DNA of 64,000 bases. Source: Candidatus Multivorans sp. (GTDB lineage: Bacteria > Acidobacteriota > Thermoanaerobaculia > Multivoradales > Multivoraceae). The stretch lies in contig OZ244152.1 of NCBI GenBank assembly GCA_965216125.1, forward strand, positions 4,427,947-4,491,946. The letters are read 5' to 3'. A program made the translations under genes and the position numbers. Position 1 is the first letter of the stretch. Each line of letters begins with the position of its first letter. Positions 53,317-62,963 of this stretch are shown one piece after another. The notes beneath the pieces were generated by a model that saw only the letters and a list, made by a program, of their open reading frames with translations, was not told the DNA's origin and searched no databases.

Positions 53317-54570
53317 ATGACCTCAGCCGCCGCAAACGGTGCGCCGGGCGACCAGGCCGCGCTGCTCGACGGCGTCCGCGTCGTCGAGCTCGCCACCATC
53401 GTCATGGCGCCCTCGGCATGCGCGATCCTCTCCGACTTCGGCGCCGAGGTGATCAAGATCGAGGCGCCGGGCAGAGGCGACCTCTACCGCTACTTCCAGG
53501 ATCTGCCCGGCATGCCGGACTCGGAGATCCCCTATTGCTTCCTGCTCGACGGCCGCAACAAGAAGAGCGTGGTGATCGACCTCAAGAACGAGCACGGTCA
53601 GGCCGTCGCTCACCGGCTGATCGAGACCGCCGACGTCTTCCTGACCAACTGCCACAACTCCGTGCTGGACGACCTCGGCATGACCTGGGACCGGCTGCGC
53701 GAGATCAATCCGCGGCTCATCTTCGCGCACGGCACCGGCTACGGCCACACGGGCCCGGAGGCCGAAAAGCCCGGCTACGACCAGGTCTGCTACTGGACCC
53801 GTTCGGGCCTCGTCTCGACGTTCTTTCCGGTCGAGGGGCACCTGGGGTCGCTTGGATGCGGCACCGGCGATCACCCCACCGGCGTAACGCTGTTCTCAGC
53901 GGTGCTCCTGGGCCTGATGAAGCGCCAGCAGACGGGAAAGGGTTCCTACGTCACCACGTCGCTCCTCGCGGCCGGCGCCTGGGCCAACGCCTGCGCCATC
54001 CAGGCCAAGCTGGTCGGCGCCGAGTTCCACGAAAAGCGGCCGCGCGAACACACGATGAACTTCGGCCAGCTCTACTACCGCACCCGGGACGACCGCCTCG
54101 TCAAGCTGAGCATCGTCGAGCAGGACCGGGACTGGGAGCGCTTCTGCCTCGCCCTCGGCCGCACCGACCTGATCGACAACGAGCGCTTCTGCACGACGCC
54201 CGAGCGGATCGCGAACATGCCCGAGTTCGTCGCACTCCTCGACGCGGAGTTCGCGCGGCGGGACTTCGAGGACTGGAGCGAGCGCTTCACCCGCCGCGAG
54301 ATCCCCTACAGCCTGGTCTCGAACCTCGACGACATCGCGAACGACGAGCAGTTGGAGGCCATCGGCATGTTTCGCGAGCTTGACCACCCCAAGTACGGCC
54401 GCTTCCGGACCGTCGACAGCCCGATAACCATCCTCGGCGAGGAGAAGGTCAAGCCCCGGCCGGCACCCGAACTCGGGGAGCACACCGGCGACCTGCTGCG
54501 GGAGTTGGGATTGGACGCCGCGGAGATCGACCGGCTGGCCAGGCGGGGCGTCATCTCGGGCCGGCTCTGA
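53317..54570 (+). CDS. Family III CoA-transferase (CaiB/BaiF), second copy. Start ATG at 53317.
   Basis: GVRVVELATIVMAPSA N-terminus. Confidence 0.85.
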   Translation: MTSAAANGAPGDQAALLDGVRVVELATIVMAPSACAILSDFGAEVIKIEAPGRGDLYRYFQDLPGMPDSEIPYCFLLDGRNKKSVVIDLKNEHGQAVAHRLIETADVFLTNCHNSVLDDLGMTWDRLREINPRLIFAHGTGYGHTGPEAEKPGYDQVCYWTRSGLVSTFFPVEGHLGSLGCGTGDHPTGVTLFSAVLLGLMKRQQTGKGSYVTTSLLAAGAWANACAIQAKLVGAEFHEKRPREHTMNFGQLYYRTRDDRLVKLSIVEQDRDWERFCLALGRTDLIDNERFCTTPERIANMPEFVALLDAEFARRDFEDWSERFTRREIPYSLVSNLDDIANDEQLEAIGMFRELDHPKYGRFRTVDSPITILGEEKVKPRPAPELGEHTGDLLRELGLDAAEIDRLARRGVISGRL

Positions 54571-54633
54571 CGATCCCGGATTCTCGGACTACAATCCCCC
54601 CTTCCCGACCGAACGCCACGCAGGAGACGAGCC

Positions 54634-55863
54634 ATGGACTTTCAGGACTCACCACAAGAGGCCGCCTTCCGCGCCGAGGCGCGCGCCTGGCTCGGAGCGA
54701 ACGCCGAACCCCTGTCTCCGGGTGACACCTCCCGGTACGCCGGGCTTCCCGAGCAGGAAGGGCTGGCCGTGGTCAAGGAGTGGCAGCAGAGGAAGTGCGA
54801 CGCCGGCTGGGCCTGCATCACCTGGCCGAAGGAACACGGCGGCCGCGGCGCGACCTTCATGGAGGGCGTGATCTGGGACCAGGAGGAGGCGAAGTTCGAC
54901 GTTCCCGGCGGCTACCTCAACATCGGCCACGGCACCTGCGCGCCGGCGATCATGGCCCACGGCACGGAGGAGCAGAAGCGCCGCTACCTGCCCAAGCTGG
55001 CCAGCGGCGAGGAGGTCTGGTGCCAGCTCTTCTCCGAGCCGGGAGCGGGTTCCGATCTCGCCGGCCTGCGCACGCGCGCCGAGCGCGACGGCGACGAGTG
55101 GGTCGTCAACGGCCAGAAGGTCTGGAACTCGGGCGCCCACTTCGCCGACTGGGGCATCCTCGTCACCCGCCACGATCCGACCGTGCCCAAGCACAAGGGC
55201 CTGACCTTCTTCGTCGTCGACATGAAGTCCCCTGGCATCGACCCGCGGCCGATCCGCCAGATTCCGGGCACCGCCGAGTTCAACGAGGTCTTCCTGCAGA
55301 ACGTCAGGATCCCCGACCACAACCGTCTCGGCGCGGTCGGCGCCGGCTGGCAGGTGGCGATCACGACCCTGATGAACGAGCGGCACGGCCGCTACCAGAT
55401 GACGCCCGACTGGAGCGACGCACTGCGCATCGCCTCGGAACTGGAGATCGACGGCGAACCCGCGGCAGCGCAAAGCGCCGTGCGCGACCGGATCGCCGAC
55501 TGGTACGTGCAGTGCCGCGGCGTCGAGTTGACCTTCCTGCGCACCCTGACCGCCATCTCCCAGGGCAAGCAGCCGGGGCCCGAGAACTCGATCTGCAAGG
55601 TCATCACCGCCAGCGCCCGGCAGGACATCGCCTCGTTCGCCGCCGACCTGCTGGATGTCGCCGGTTCCATCAGCGGCCGTGAAGACGCCCCGTCGGGCGG
55701 GATGTTCCACTACGCCTACCTGGCGGCGCCCGGCATGCGGATCGCCGCCGGCACGGACGAGATCCTGCGCAACATCATCGCCGAGCGGGTGCTCACCCTG
55801 CCCGGTGAGATCCGCGTCGACCGCGACCGGGCCTTCAGCGACATCCCCACCGGCTCGAACTGA
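54634..55863 (+). CDS. Acyl-CoA dehydrogenase
   Basis: ACAD N, M and C domains. Confidence 0.9.
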   Translation: MDFQDSPQEAAFRAEARAWLGANAEPLSPGDTSRYAGLPEQEGLAVVKEWQQRKCDAGWACITWPKEHGGRGATFMEGVIWDQEEAKFDVPGGYLNIGHGTCAPAIMAHGTEEQKRRYLPKLASGEEVWCQLFSEPGAGSDLAGLRTRAERDGDEWVVNGQKVWNSGAHFADWGILVTRHDPTVPKHKGLTFFVVDMKSPGIDPRPIRQIPGTAEFNEVFLQNVRIPDHNRLGAVGAGWQVAITTLMNERHGRYQMTPDWSDALRIASELEIDGEPAAAQSAVRDRIADWYVQCRGVELTFLRTLTAISQGKQPGPENSICKVITASARQDIASFAADLLDVAGSISGREDAPSGGMFHYAYLAAPGMRIAAGTDEILRNIIAERVLTLPGEIRVDRDRAFSDIPTGSN

Positions 55864-55883
55864 CGAGCGGCGCCGAGACGGCG

Positions 55884-56165
55884 TCAGGCGCCGGGCTTGC
55901 GGTCGTAGACCAGCTTGTAGGCGTAGGTTCCCAGGCCGGCTGCGCCTTGGTACTGGGTCAAGACGACCAACTGGTCCTTCTTGTTGACGCTGTACTCCCG
56001 AATCACGAGCGACTGCCCACGCCCCCGGTTCCTGGTCACCAGTTTGGTTTTCTTCCAGTACGACTGGCTCTCACCCGTCTTGCCTGCCTGGCGCCACTCG
56101 CGATCCGTCGTCAACACGCGGGCCCGGCCCAAGGCATCCGTGATCTGAACCCCGTCCTCCATCAT
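55884..56165 (-). CDS. Small lysine-rich protein. Probably the mature domain of a secreted protein split by a frame break from the signal-peptide ORF at 56162–56308.
   Basis: 93-aa ORF with lower GC than its neighbours. An ATGATG junction joins it to the upstream signal-peptide ORF. Confidence 0.4.
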   Translation of the reverse strand: MMEDGVQITDALGRARVLTTDREWRQAGKTGESQSYWKKTKLVTRNRGRGQSLVIREYSVNKKDQLVVLTQYQGAAGLGTYAYKLVYDRKPGA

Positions 56166-56308
56166 GTGGATGGTGAGTCCGCCGGCGCCGGTTGCGCCAC
56201 GGCGGCCGGCGCTACCACCCCGTAGGACACCACCGCAGCCAGTAGCGCGACTGCTCCCGATCTCACGACAGCCGCCAGGGACGACCGAAACGACCGCATC
56301 TTTTCCAT
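56162..56308 (-). CDS. Signal-peptide-only mini-ORF (MEKMRSFRSSLAAVVRSGAVALLAAVVSYG...) overlapping the next ORF by ATGA
   Basis: About 47 codons carrying a classic Sec signal peptide with no mature domain in the same frame. Confidence 0.3.
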   Translation of the reverse strand: MEKMRSFRSSLAAVVRSGAVALLAAVVSYGVVAPAAVAQPAPADSPST

Positions 56309-56572
56309 CGTCTTCCCTCCGTTCCGCCTGTAGTGACCTCCTAGCCTATCGCCAGCCACGCCCGTCCGACGCCGTCCAGTCCGCGCCGGAGGCTGGAGGG
56401 GAGGGTCCCAGCGAGGCTGTCGGCAAGCGACGGCCCAAGCCCCTACAACGACCGACACGAAACCGGAGCGCAGCCGACCGCAGCGAGCGCCAACCTCACA
56501 TCAACCAAGAGAGCGCGAGCGGCCGCAGGGACCCTCCCCTCCGGCCGCAGGAGCGGACGGGTGCACCATGCG

Positions 56573-57937
56573 CTAGCTGGCGACCTCGCTCTCGCTGCCC
56601 GGGAACAGGAGCCGGGCCATCTGGGTCTGCGACCGGTGCACGAACAGGATGACCTGGTCGTTCGCGCGCAGCACGTTGCTGCGCTCCGGCATGAACACCC
56701 GGTCGCCTCGCACCACGGCGCCCACGATCAAGCCCCTGGGCGCCTGGAGGTCGGCAAGCGTGGCGCCGGCCGCCGGGCTGGCTTCGTGGATCACGCGCTG
56801 AACCACCTGCAGGGCGCCGTCGGCCAGGTTGACCAGGTTCGCCTTGTAGCCGTTGGCGACGAAGTTGCGGACGTGGTCGATCGCCAGGGAATGCGGCGAC
56901 ACCAGCTCGACCTCGCCGAGCCGCTGCCAGAGCCGGCTCGTCGTATGGTGGATCAGAGCGACCACCTGCCGCACGCCCAACTCCTGGGCGATGAGCCCTG
57001 CCACCACGTTGCTGTCGTCGTGGCTGGTGGCCGCGATCAGGACGTCGGCCCGGCCGAGTCCCTCGCTCTCCATGGTCGCCGCGTCGATCGGATCGCCGTG
57101 CAGCACCTCGATGTCGGGAAACGACTGGGCCAGGTACTCGGCGCGCCGCCGGTCGCGCTCGATCCAGCGCAGACGCTTGACCTCGTTCCGCAACGCCTTG
57201 ACCACCGCAACCGCGGCCGAACTGCCACCGGCAACGGCCACGGTGTGGGGATGTTCGACCCGGGACGCGAACAGCTCCTCCACGCCGTGGGTGGACTTCG
57301 TGCGACAAAGGACCATGGCCAGACCGCCCGGCGCGGCCTGCAGGTCCGGACCGGGGATCGACAGTTCGTGCTCCGCATCGAAGTAGCCGACGATCCGGGC
57401 GCCCTCGGGCAGCGGCAGTTCCCGGATCGGCAGCCGGGCGACCGTGCTGTTCGCCTGCACCTGGATCGTCCTCAACTCGAAACGTCCCTTGGCCAGATAG
57501 TCGACTTCGTGGGTATGGTGGCCGAGCACGACGTTCAGGATCGCGTTGGTCGCCAGACTCTGGGGCGACAGCAGGAGGTCGGCGCCGAACAACCGCTCGT
57601 AGGAGCGGCGGTAGACGGTCAGATCCTCGGACGTGTCGAGCCGCACCACGCACCGCTTCGCGCCCAGGTTGCGGGCAATCACGGACGCCACCAGGTTCGC
57701 CTCCTCCGACGAGGAGGCGGCGATGAAGAGGTCCGCGGCCTCGACGTGAGCCCGCTCGAGAACCGCCTGATGGGCGCCGTTGCCGACCACGAAGGCCGCG
57801 TCCAGCTCCTCCTCTATCCGTTGCCCCTTGTCCGGATCGATGTCGATCAGGGTCAGACTCCGGCCTTCACGGCCAAACGCCTCGGCAATGTGGAAGCCTA
57901 TGTCGCCGATGCCCATGATGCAGTAGTGGCCCTTCGT
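56573..57937 (-). CDS. trkA: Trk potassium-uptake regulatory protein TrkA (two RCK/NAD-binding domains). GTG start at 57937.
   Basis: IMGIGDIG and VAGGSSAAVAV Rossmann motifs with two RCK_C domains; 455 aa. Confidence 0.85.
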   Translation of the reverse strand, partial: TKGHYCIMGIGDIGFHIAEAFGREGRSLTLIDIDPDKGQRIEEELDAAFVVGNGAHQAVLERAHVEAADLFIAASSSEEANLVASVIARNLGAKRCVVRLDTSEDLTVYRRSYERLFGADLLLSPQSLATNAILNVVLGHHTHEVDYLAKGRFELRTIQVQANSTVARLPIRELPLPEGARIVGYFDAEHELSIPGPDLQAAPGGLAMVLCRTKSTHGVEELFASRVEHPHTVAVAGGSSAAVAVVKALRNEVKRLRWIERDRRRAEYLAQSFPDIEVLHGDPIDAATMESEGLGRADVLIAATSHDDSNVVAGLIAQELGVRQVVALIHHTTSRLWQRLGEVELVSPHSLAIDHVRNFVANGYKANLVNLADGALQVVQRVIHEASPAAGATLADLQAPRGLIVGAVVRGDRVFMPERSNVLRANDQVILFVHRSQTQMARLLFPGSESEVAS

Positions 57938-57960
57938 GCTCACGACCTGTCGAGCATAAG

Positions 57961-58100
57961 CGAACCCGGGTGGCGCGACCCGCGTCACCCGCGAACCATT
58001 CCGTTCGCGAGTCATCGAGCGGACGGATGACACCCGGGTGGCGCGACCCGCGCCACCCGCGAACCATTCCGTTCGCGAGTCATCGAGCGGACGGATGACA
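57961..58100. repeat. Two perfect tandem copies (68-bp period, one mismatch) of the palindromic repeat element, plus the start of a third, in the trkA 5' leader
   Basis: Units at 57965–58032 and 58033–58100. Each carries GGGTGGCGCG-acc-CGCG(T/C)CACCC, GCGAAC-cattcc-GTTCGC and TCATC-N9-GATGA hairpins. Same family as 4431–4508. Confidence 0.7.
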
Positions 58101-58203
58101 CACCCCGCAGTCCGTGTGGGACTCCGACGGCCCACGATGGTCTGTTACGGTAGCCGCTTCCTTCCGCAAGGCGGTGACTCCCAGCCCCGCCCGAGGGTCG
58201 CTT

Positions 58204-58638
58204 GTGAGCGAACTGAAGACGAAGCAGAACGACGCCAGCGTCGAGATGTTCCTGAGGGCGGTCGGCAACGATCGGCGGCGTGAGGACAGCTTCACCGTCC
58301 TTGAGCTCATGAAGCGGATCACCGGTGAAGAGCCCCGGATGTGGGGCGCCGCGATCGTCGGCTTCGGCAGCTACCGCTACAGGTACGCGAGCGGCCGCTC
58401 CGGAGAAATGCCGCGCATCGGTTTCTCGCCCCGCAAGCAGAGCCTGACCGTCTATGTCATGCCCGGGTTCTCGGACTATGACGAGATCCTGTCCCGGCTC
58501 GGCAAGCACCGGACCGGCAAGTCCTGCCTCTACATCAACAAGCTGGCCGACATCGACATGGACGTGCTTGAAGACCTGACCAGGAGTTCGCTCGACGCGA
58601 TGCGGGAGAAGTACCCGGAGGAACGACCAGGCACATGA
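58204..58638 (+). CDS. DUF1801 (YdhG/YjdI-like) domain protein. GTG start at 58204.
   Basis: Conserved FGSYRYRYASGRSGEMPRIGFSPRKQSLTVY core. Confidence 0.7.
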   Translation: MSELKTKQNDASVEMFLRAVGNDRRREDSFTVLELMKRITGEEPRMWGAAIVGFGSYRYRYASGRSGEMPRIGFSPRKQSLTVYVMPGFSDYDEILSRLGKHRTGKSCLYINKLADIDMDVLEDLTRSSLDAMREKYPEERPGT

Positions 58639-59432
58639 ACTACGAACGGATCCTGCTCGAACGGGACGGGAATCTCGCCACGATCACGCTGAACCACCCG
58701 GAGGTGCTGAACGCCACGGACGCGCAGATGGTGGCCGAAATGGGCGACGCCGTGCTGCGTATCCGCGATCCGGAGAGCGGTGTACGCGCGCTCCTGCTCA
58801 CCGGCGCGGGCCGTGCCTTCTGTTCCGGCGCCAACCTGTCCGGCCGCGGCAGCCAGCCGGAGGGCGCCGTGAAGCCGACGGCCCGCGAGAACCTGCGCAA
58901 CAACTACCACCCCTTGCTGCTGTCGCTCCGCGACCTCGACGTACCGATCGTCACGGCCGTACACGGGGCCGCGGCGGGCGTCGGCATGAGCTTCGCTTTG
59001 ATCGGCGACCTTGTCTGCGCATCGAAGCAGGCCTTCTTCCTGCAGGCGTTCGCTCGCATCGGGCTGGTGCCCGACGGCGGCGCCACGTTCATGCTGCCGC
59101 GCCTGATCGGTTGGGGCCGCGCGGTCGAGCTGTCCATGCTCGCGGAACGTCTGCCGGCCGACAAGGCGTTCGAATGGGGCTTGGTCAACCGCCTGTACGA
59201 CGACCGGGAGTCCTTGATGGAGGGGGCCACCGAGCTGGCCCAGCGCCTGGCCAACGGTCCGCGCTCCCTGGGGATGATCCGCAAGGCCTACTGGGCCACC
59301 TGGCAGAACGTGTACGAGCAGCAACTCGACCTGGAGGCAAGGCTCCAGGCCGAGGCCGGCGCCACCGAAGACTCCCGCGAGGGAGTCCTCGCCTTTCTCG
59401 AGAAGCGGCCCGCCCAATTCAAGGGACGCTGA
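58635..59432 (+). CDS. Enoyl-CoA hydratase/isomerase (crotonase)
   Basis: Crotonase fold with oxyanion-hole segments. Confidence 0.9.
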   Translation: MNYERILLERDGNLATITLNHPEVLNATDAQMVAEMGDAVLRIRDPESGVRALLLTGAGRAFCSGANLSGRGSQPEGAVKPTARENLRNNYHPLLLSLRDLDVPIVTAVHGAAAGVGMSFALIGDLVCASKQAFFLQAFARIGLVPDGGATFMLPRLIGWGRAVELSMLAERLPADKAFEWGLVNRLYDDRESLMEGATELAQRLANGPRSLGMIRKAYWATWQNVYEQQLDLEARLQAEAGATEDSREGVLAFLEKRPAQFKGR

Positions 59433-59508
59433 CAAGGGACGCTGATCCTCTCCCGCCGGCGCCGGAGACGCGGCGCAACCCCCATCCGAGCCCAAGGAGG
59501 ACTCCACC

Positions 59509-61455
59509 ATGCCGGATAGCGCCGTCAAACGCCTCGCAGCACTAGCCTTTCTCGCCTGCTCCGCCGCGGCCGCTCAGGAACCCGTCGAGTGGCGCCACTA
59601 CGCCGCCGACCGAGCCAGCACGAAATACTCGCCGGCGGCGCAGATCGACGCGTCGAACGTGTCGAAGCTCGAGGTCGCGTGGCGCTCGGTCACACCCGAC
59701 GGCCGCGTTGACACGAAGGCGCCGGCCGGCGACCTGAAGGGCACGCCGCTGATGGTGAACGGCACCCTCTATGCCGTGTCGGCCCTGAACCTCGTCAGCG
59801 CCATCAACCCCGAGACCGGCGAGGAGCTCTGGACCTACGATCCGTTGGCCTACGAACGCGGCGTCCCGACCCACGGCGGCTTCACCCAGCGCGGCATCGA
59901 GTTCTGGGAGCACCGCGGCATGCAGCGGATCGTGCTGGTCACCGGTACCCATCAACTCGTGTCTCTGGACGCCAGGACCGGCAAGCCCGACCTCGAGTTC
60001 GGCGAAGCGGGCATGGTCGACATGCGCGGCGACATCGGCCGGCCGGACCAGATGCGCCAGACCGGCGCCAACTCGCCCGGCATCGTCTGCGGCGACACCA
60101 TTCTCATGGGCATGACGATCATGGACTTCTCCTTGACGCAGGAGATGCCGGCCGGCCATATCCGCGGCTACGACATCCGCACCGGCCAGAAGAAGTGGGT
60201 CTTCCACACCGTTCCGCAGGGCGGCGAGCCTGGCGCGGAGACCTGGCACGATGAGTCCTGGCGCTACTCCGGCAACAGCAACGTGTGGTCGTGGATGAGC
60301 TGCGACGACGATACGGGCTGGATCTACTTCGGCACCGGCACGCCGACCAGCGACTACTACGGCGGCCACCGCCACGGCGACAATCTCTACGCCGAGAGCC
60401 TGGTCGCCATCGACACCGCGACGGGCGAGAAGAAGTGGCACTTCCAGGCGGTGCGGCACGGCCTCTGGGACTACGACTTCCCCTGCGCCCCGATCCTGCT
60501 CGACATCGAGGTCGACGGGGAGCGCATCGAGGCGGTGGCCCAGGTCAGCAAGCAGGCGTTCACCTACGTCTTCGACCGCAAGACCGGCAAGCCGGTGTGG
60601 CCCATCGAGGAGCGCAAGGTGCCGGAGAGCACCGTCCCCGGCGAGTGGACCGCAAGCATGCAGCCCTTCCCCACCAAGCCGCCGCCGTTCGACCGCCAGG
60701 GCGTGCGCGAGAGCGATCTCATCGACTTCACACCGGAACTGAACGCCCGGGCGGTCGAGAGCTACCGCAAGACCCTGCTTGGAGGCCCGCTGTTCACGCC
60801 GCCGATCGTGGCCGGCAACAACGGCAAGGCGGCGATGGCGCAACTACCCGGTCAGGCCGGCGGCGCAAACTGGGGCGGCGCCGCCGTCGACCCGGAAAGC
60901 GGTGTCCTGTTCGTGCCGTCGCAGACCCGGCTCGGCACGATGTCCCTGAACCCGCCGACCGGACGCCAGCGCTCCGACCGCGACTACCTGCCGGGATTCA
61001 CGTTCCCCGCCGGCCCCGAGGGCCTGCCGCTGACCAAGCCGCCCTGGAGCCGCCTCACCGCGATCGATCTCAACCGAGGCGAAATCCTGTGGCAGACGCC
61101 GCTCGGGGACGGACCGCGCAACCATCCGGCGCTCGTGGACCTGGAGCTCGGTCCGCTCGGCGCCTGGCCGCTCGGCGGCCTGACTCCCGGCTGGCCGATG
61201 GCGACCCGGACCCTCGTGTTCGTCGTCACCAGCGAACAGGAGCCCGGCAACTACGCTCCGCGCGGGCCGTCGACCGGTTTCCTCTACGCCTTCGACAAGG
61301 CGACCGGCGAGGAGGTCTGGCGGACGGAGTTGCCCGACACCCCGGGCGGCGGACCGATGACCTATGTCAGCGCCGGACGTCAGTTCATCGTTGTGCCCGT
61401 CGGCGATCGCGGCCAGGAGCATTCCCTGGTCGCGTACGCGTTGCCGACGAACTAG
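59509..61455 (+). CDS. PQQ-dependent dehydrogenase (quinoprotein alcohol/sugar dehydrogenase), secreted
   Basis: Signal peptide, eight-bladed propeller W-motifs. Strong Shine-Dalgarno AAGGAGGA upstream. Confidence 0.9.
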   Translation: MPDSAVKRLAALAFLACSAAAAQEPVEWRHYAADRASTKYSPAAQIDASNVSKLEVAWRSVTPDGRVDTKAPAGDLKGTPLMVNGTLYAVSALNLVSAINPETGEELWTYDPLAYERGVPTHGGFTQRGIEFWEHRGMQRIVLVTGTHQLVSLDARTGKPDLEFGEAGMVDMRGDIGRPDQMRQTGANSPGIVCGDTILMGMTIMDFSLTQEMPAGHIRGYDIRTGQKKWVFHTVPQGGEPGAETWHDESWRYSGNSNVWSWMSCDDDTGWIYFGTGTPTSDYYGGHRHGDNLYAESLVAIDTATGEKKWHFQAVRHGLWDYDFPCAPILLDIEVDGERIEAVAQVSKQAFTYVFDRKTGKPVWPIEERKVPESTVPGEWTASMQPFPTKPPPFDRQGVRESDLIDFTPELNARAVESYRKTLLGGPLFTPPIVAGNNGKAAMAQLPGQAGGANWGGAAVDPESGVLFVPSQTRLGTMSLNPPTGRQRSDRDYLPGFTFPAGPEGLPLTKPPWSRLTAIDLNRGEILWQTPLGDGPRNHPALVDLELGPLGAWPLGGLTPGWPMATRTLVFVVTSEQEPGNYAPRGPSTGFLYAFDKATGEEVWRTELPDTPGGGPMTYVSAGRQFIVVPVGDRGQEHSLVAYALPTN

Positions 61456-62882
61456 TCCGCCACTGCAGCCGTCTCCCGGCAACCCTCGGGAAACGCGTAC
61501 AAGTCCGTGATCGCCGGCGCCGGAACGCCGGGTTCGTTGACGTACCGCCGCAACCTCCCGAGCACCGAGTCCCTCACAGTGACCTCGTACCCCAGGTCCG
61601 TCGTCGAGGCGCCGAACACCCAGACGTTGCCGTTGTTCGAGCAGCCCTTCAGCACCTTGATCAGAATCTCCCAATTGTCCGGTTCGAAGAACCAGAACAT
61701 ACCCGAGTCGCCCGTAGACTCCTCGACCGTTTGCGCCACGCCGGACCTGCCATCTGGTGTTCGCCATACGGCCCTGACTTCGTACCGGGATTCCTGCAGG
61801 CACAGAGTCTCGGCGCCCGGCACACACTCGCCCGTCTGCGGCGGCTCGCCTTTCGGGGCGAATGCAGGACGGATGACCTTGACGACCCGGTTCCTTGCAA
61901 TGAGCGATCCCCCCACGTGGGCGTCCCCCTCAAGATAGCGGACCTCTTCGTCTTGCGCGAGTGCGATCAGTTCCTGCTTCAGCCTCGCCGCGCCCCAATC
62001 GGGATTCGAGTACGCGAGATTCGTTGCGTAGGCCGCAAGAACCGCCGTCGCGTGGGAAGTGCTCATGTCCGGCGACTCGACATAGATGGTGTGAGGCGCA
62101 AACACTCCGTCCGCCCGAATCGCGCCGGTCGCGAAGCTCATGCCGGTCGCGGAGGGCTCCGGGGCGAGGGCCCCGACCCACAGGGCCTTGTCGAGACCGA
62201 CACCGGAATGCGCGATGTAGTCGCGCAGAAGGCCACAAGGAGGCTCCCACCCCCGTTCTTCCTGCGGATCGAAATCGTCGCAGAAAAGGGGCAGCCCGTC
62301 GCGTCTCCGGGAAATGTTCTCCACCGAGGCGACAAACAACGTGTTCTGATTCTGCATCCAGGCAGCAACAGCGCGCGCGTCCTTGTCAAACGGCCGGCCG
62401 TTCTCGAGAAACCAGTATTCATACCACCTCGGCGCGTACGTGCCCGTGTCGCTGGTGGCGGTCCAGAAGATCCCGCCGCCGCGTCGTAGCGCGTGTCTGA
62501 TGAATCCGTTCCCGACAAACAACCTGATCTCTCGACCGCCGAGTTCGTACCGGCCGTACCCAATGGTCTGAACCAGACGCGCCTGATTCGTGTTCGCCAG
62601 GAACGTTCTCGTGATCCGTTCCCCATGTTCGTCAGGCTCGAAGCCTTGTCCGTCGACCATCGACACCGCGACAGGGCCCGAATCGTCCGCCAGCCGATCG
62701 ACGAAGTCGTCGTCTATGAGCACGGGGACGTGTGACGAAGTCGACTCGACCCCGGCCGGCCGCTCGCCGTCCGCTCCCGGACCAGCGTAGGCAGCGCCGA
62801 CACAAGCGAAACCCGCCAACATTGTGGGCAGAGCCCAACACGTGCGACAAGCCTTCAGCCCGACGGGTTCACTTAAAGGCAC
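61452..62882 (-). CDS. Secreted protein with N-terminal hydrolase-like domain (weak subtilase-like D/H/S spacing) and a ~110-aa conserved C-terminal domain shared with the next gene
   Basis: The C-terminal domain ETLCLQESRYEVRAVW...NWEILIKVLKGC...VWVFGASTTDLG...PAPAITD...FPEGC is about 60 % identical to the C-terminus of the 63196 gene. Confidence 0.7.
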   Translation of the reverse strand: MPLSEPVGLKACRTCWALPTMLAGFACVGAAYAGPGADGERPAGVESTSSHVPVLIDDDFVDRLADDSGPVAVSMVDGQGFEPDEHGERITRTFLANTNQARLVQTIGYGRYELGGREIRLFVGNGFIRHALRRGGGIFWTATSDTGTYAPRWYEYWFLENGRPFDKDARAVAAWMQNQNTLFVASVENISRRRDGLPLFCDDFDPQEERGWEPPCGLLRDYIAHSGVGLDKALWVGALAPEPSATGMSFATGAIRADGVFAPHTIYVESPDMSTSHATAVLAAYATNLAYSNPDWGAARLKQELIALAQDEEVRYLEGDAHVGGSLIARNRVVKVIRPAFAPKGEPPQTGECVPGAETLCLQESRYEVRAVWRTPDGRSGVAQTVEESTGDSGMFWFFEPDNWEILIKVLKGCSNNGNVWVFGASTTDLGYEVTVRDSVLGRLRRYVNEPGVPAPAITDLYAFPEGCRETAAVAD

Positions 62883-62963
62883 AAGGAGATCCTAGCTAAG
62901 CTAAGCTAGCAGTTGCCGAGTCGCCGACCGAGAGGGACCGGGGCCGCCGAAACGCACACCGTA

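Noticed and set aside
57961-58100. CRISPR array or c-di-AMP (ydaO/kimA) riboswitch upstream of trkA
   Set aside because: There are only two repeat units with no spacers, so it is not CRISPR. The copies are near-identical in primary sequence, including at the distant locus at 4431. That favours a repeat element over independently evolving riboswitch aptamers, and the sequence does not match the ydaO consensus as I remember it. A riboswitch is not excluded without a formal Rfam search.
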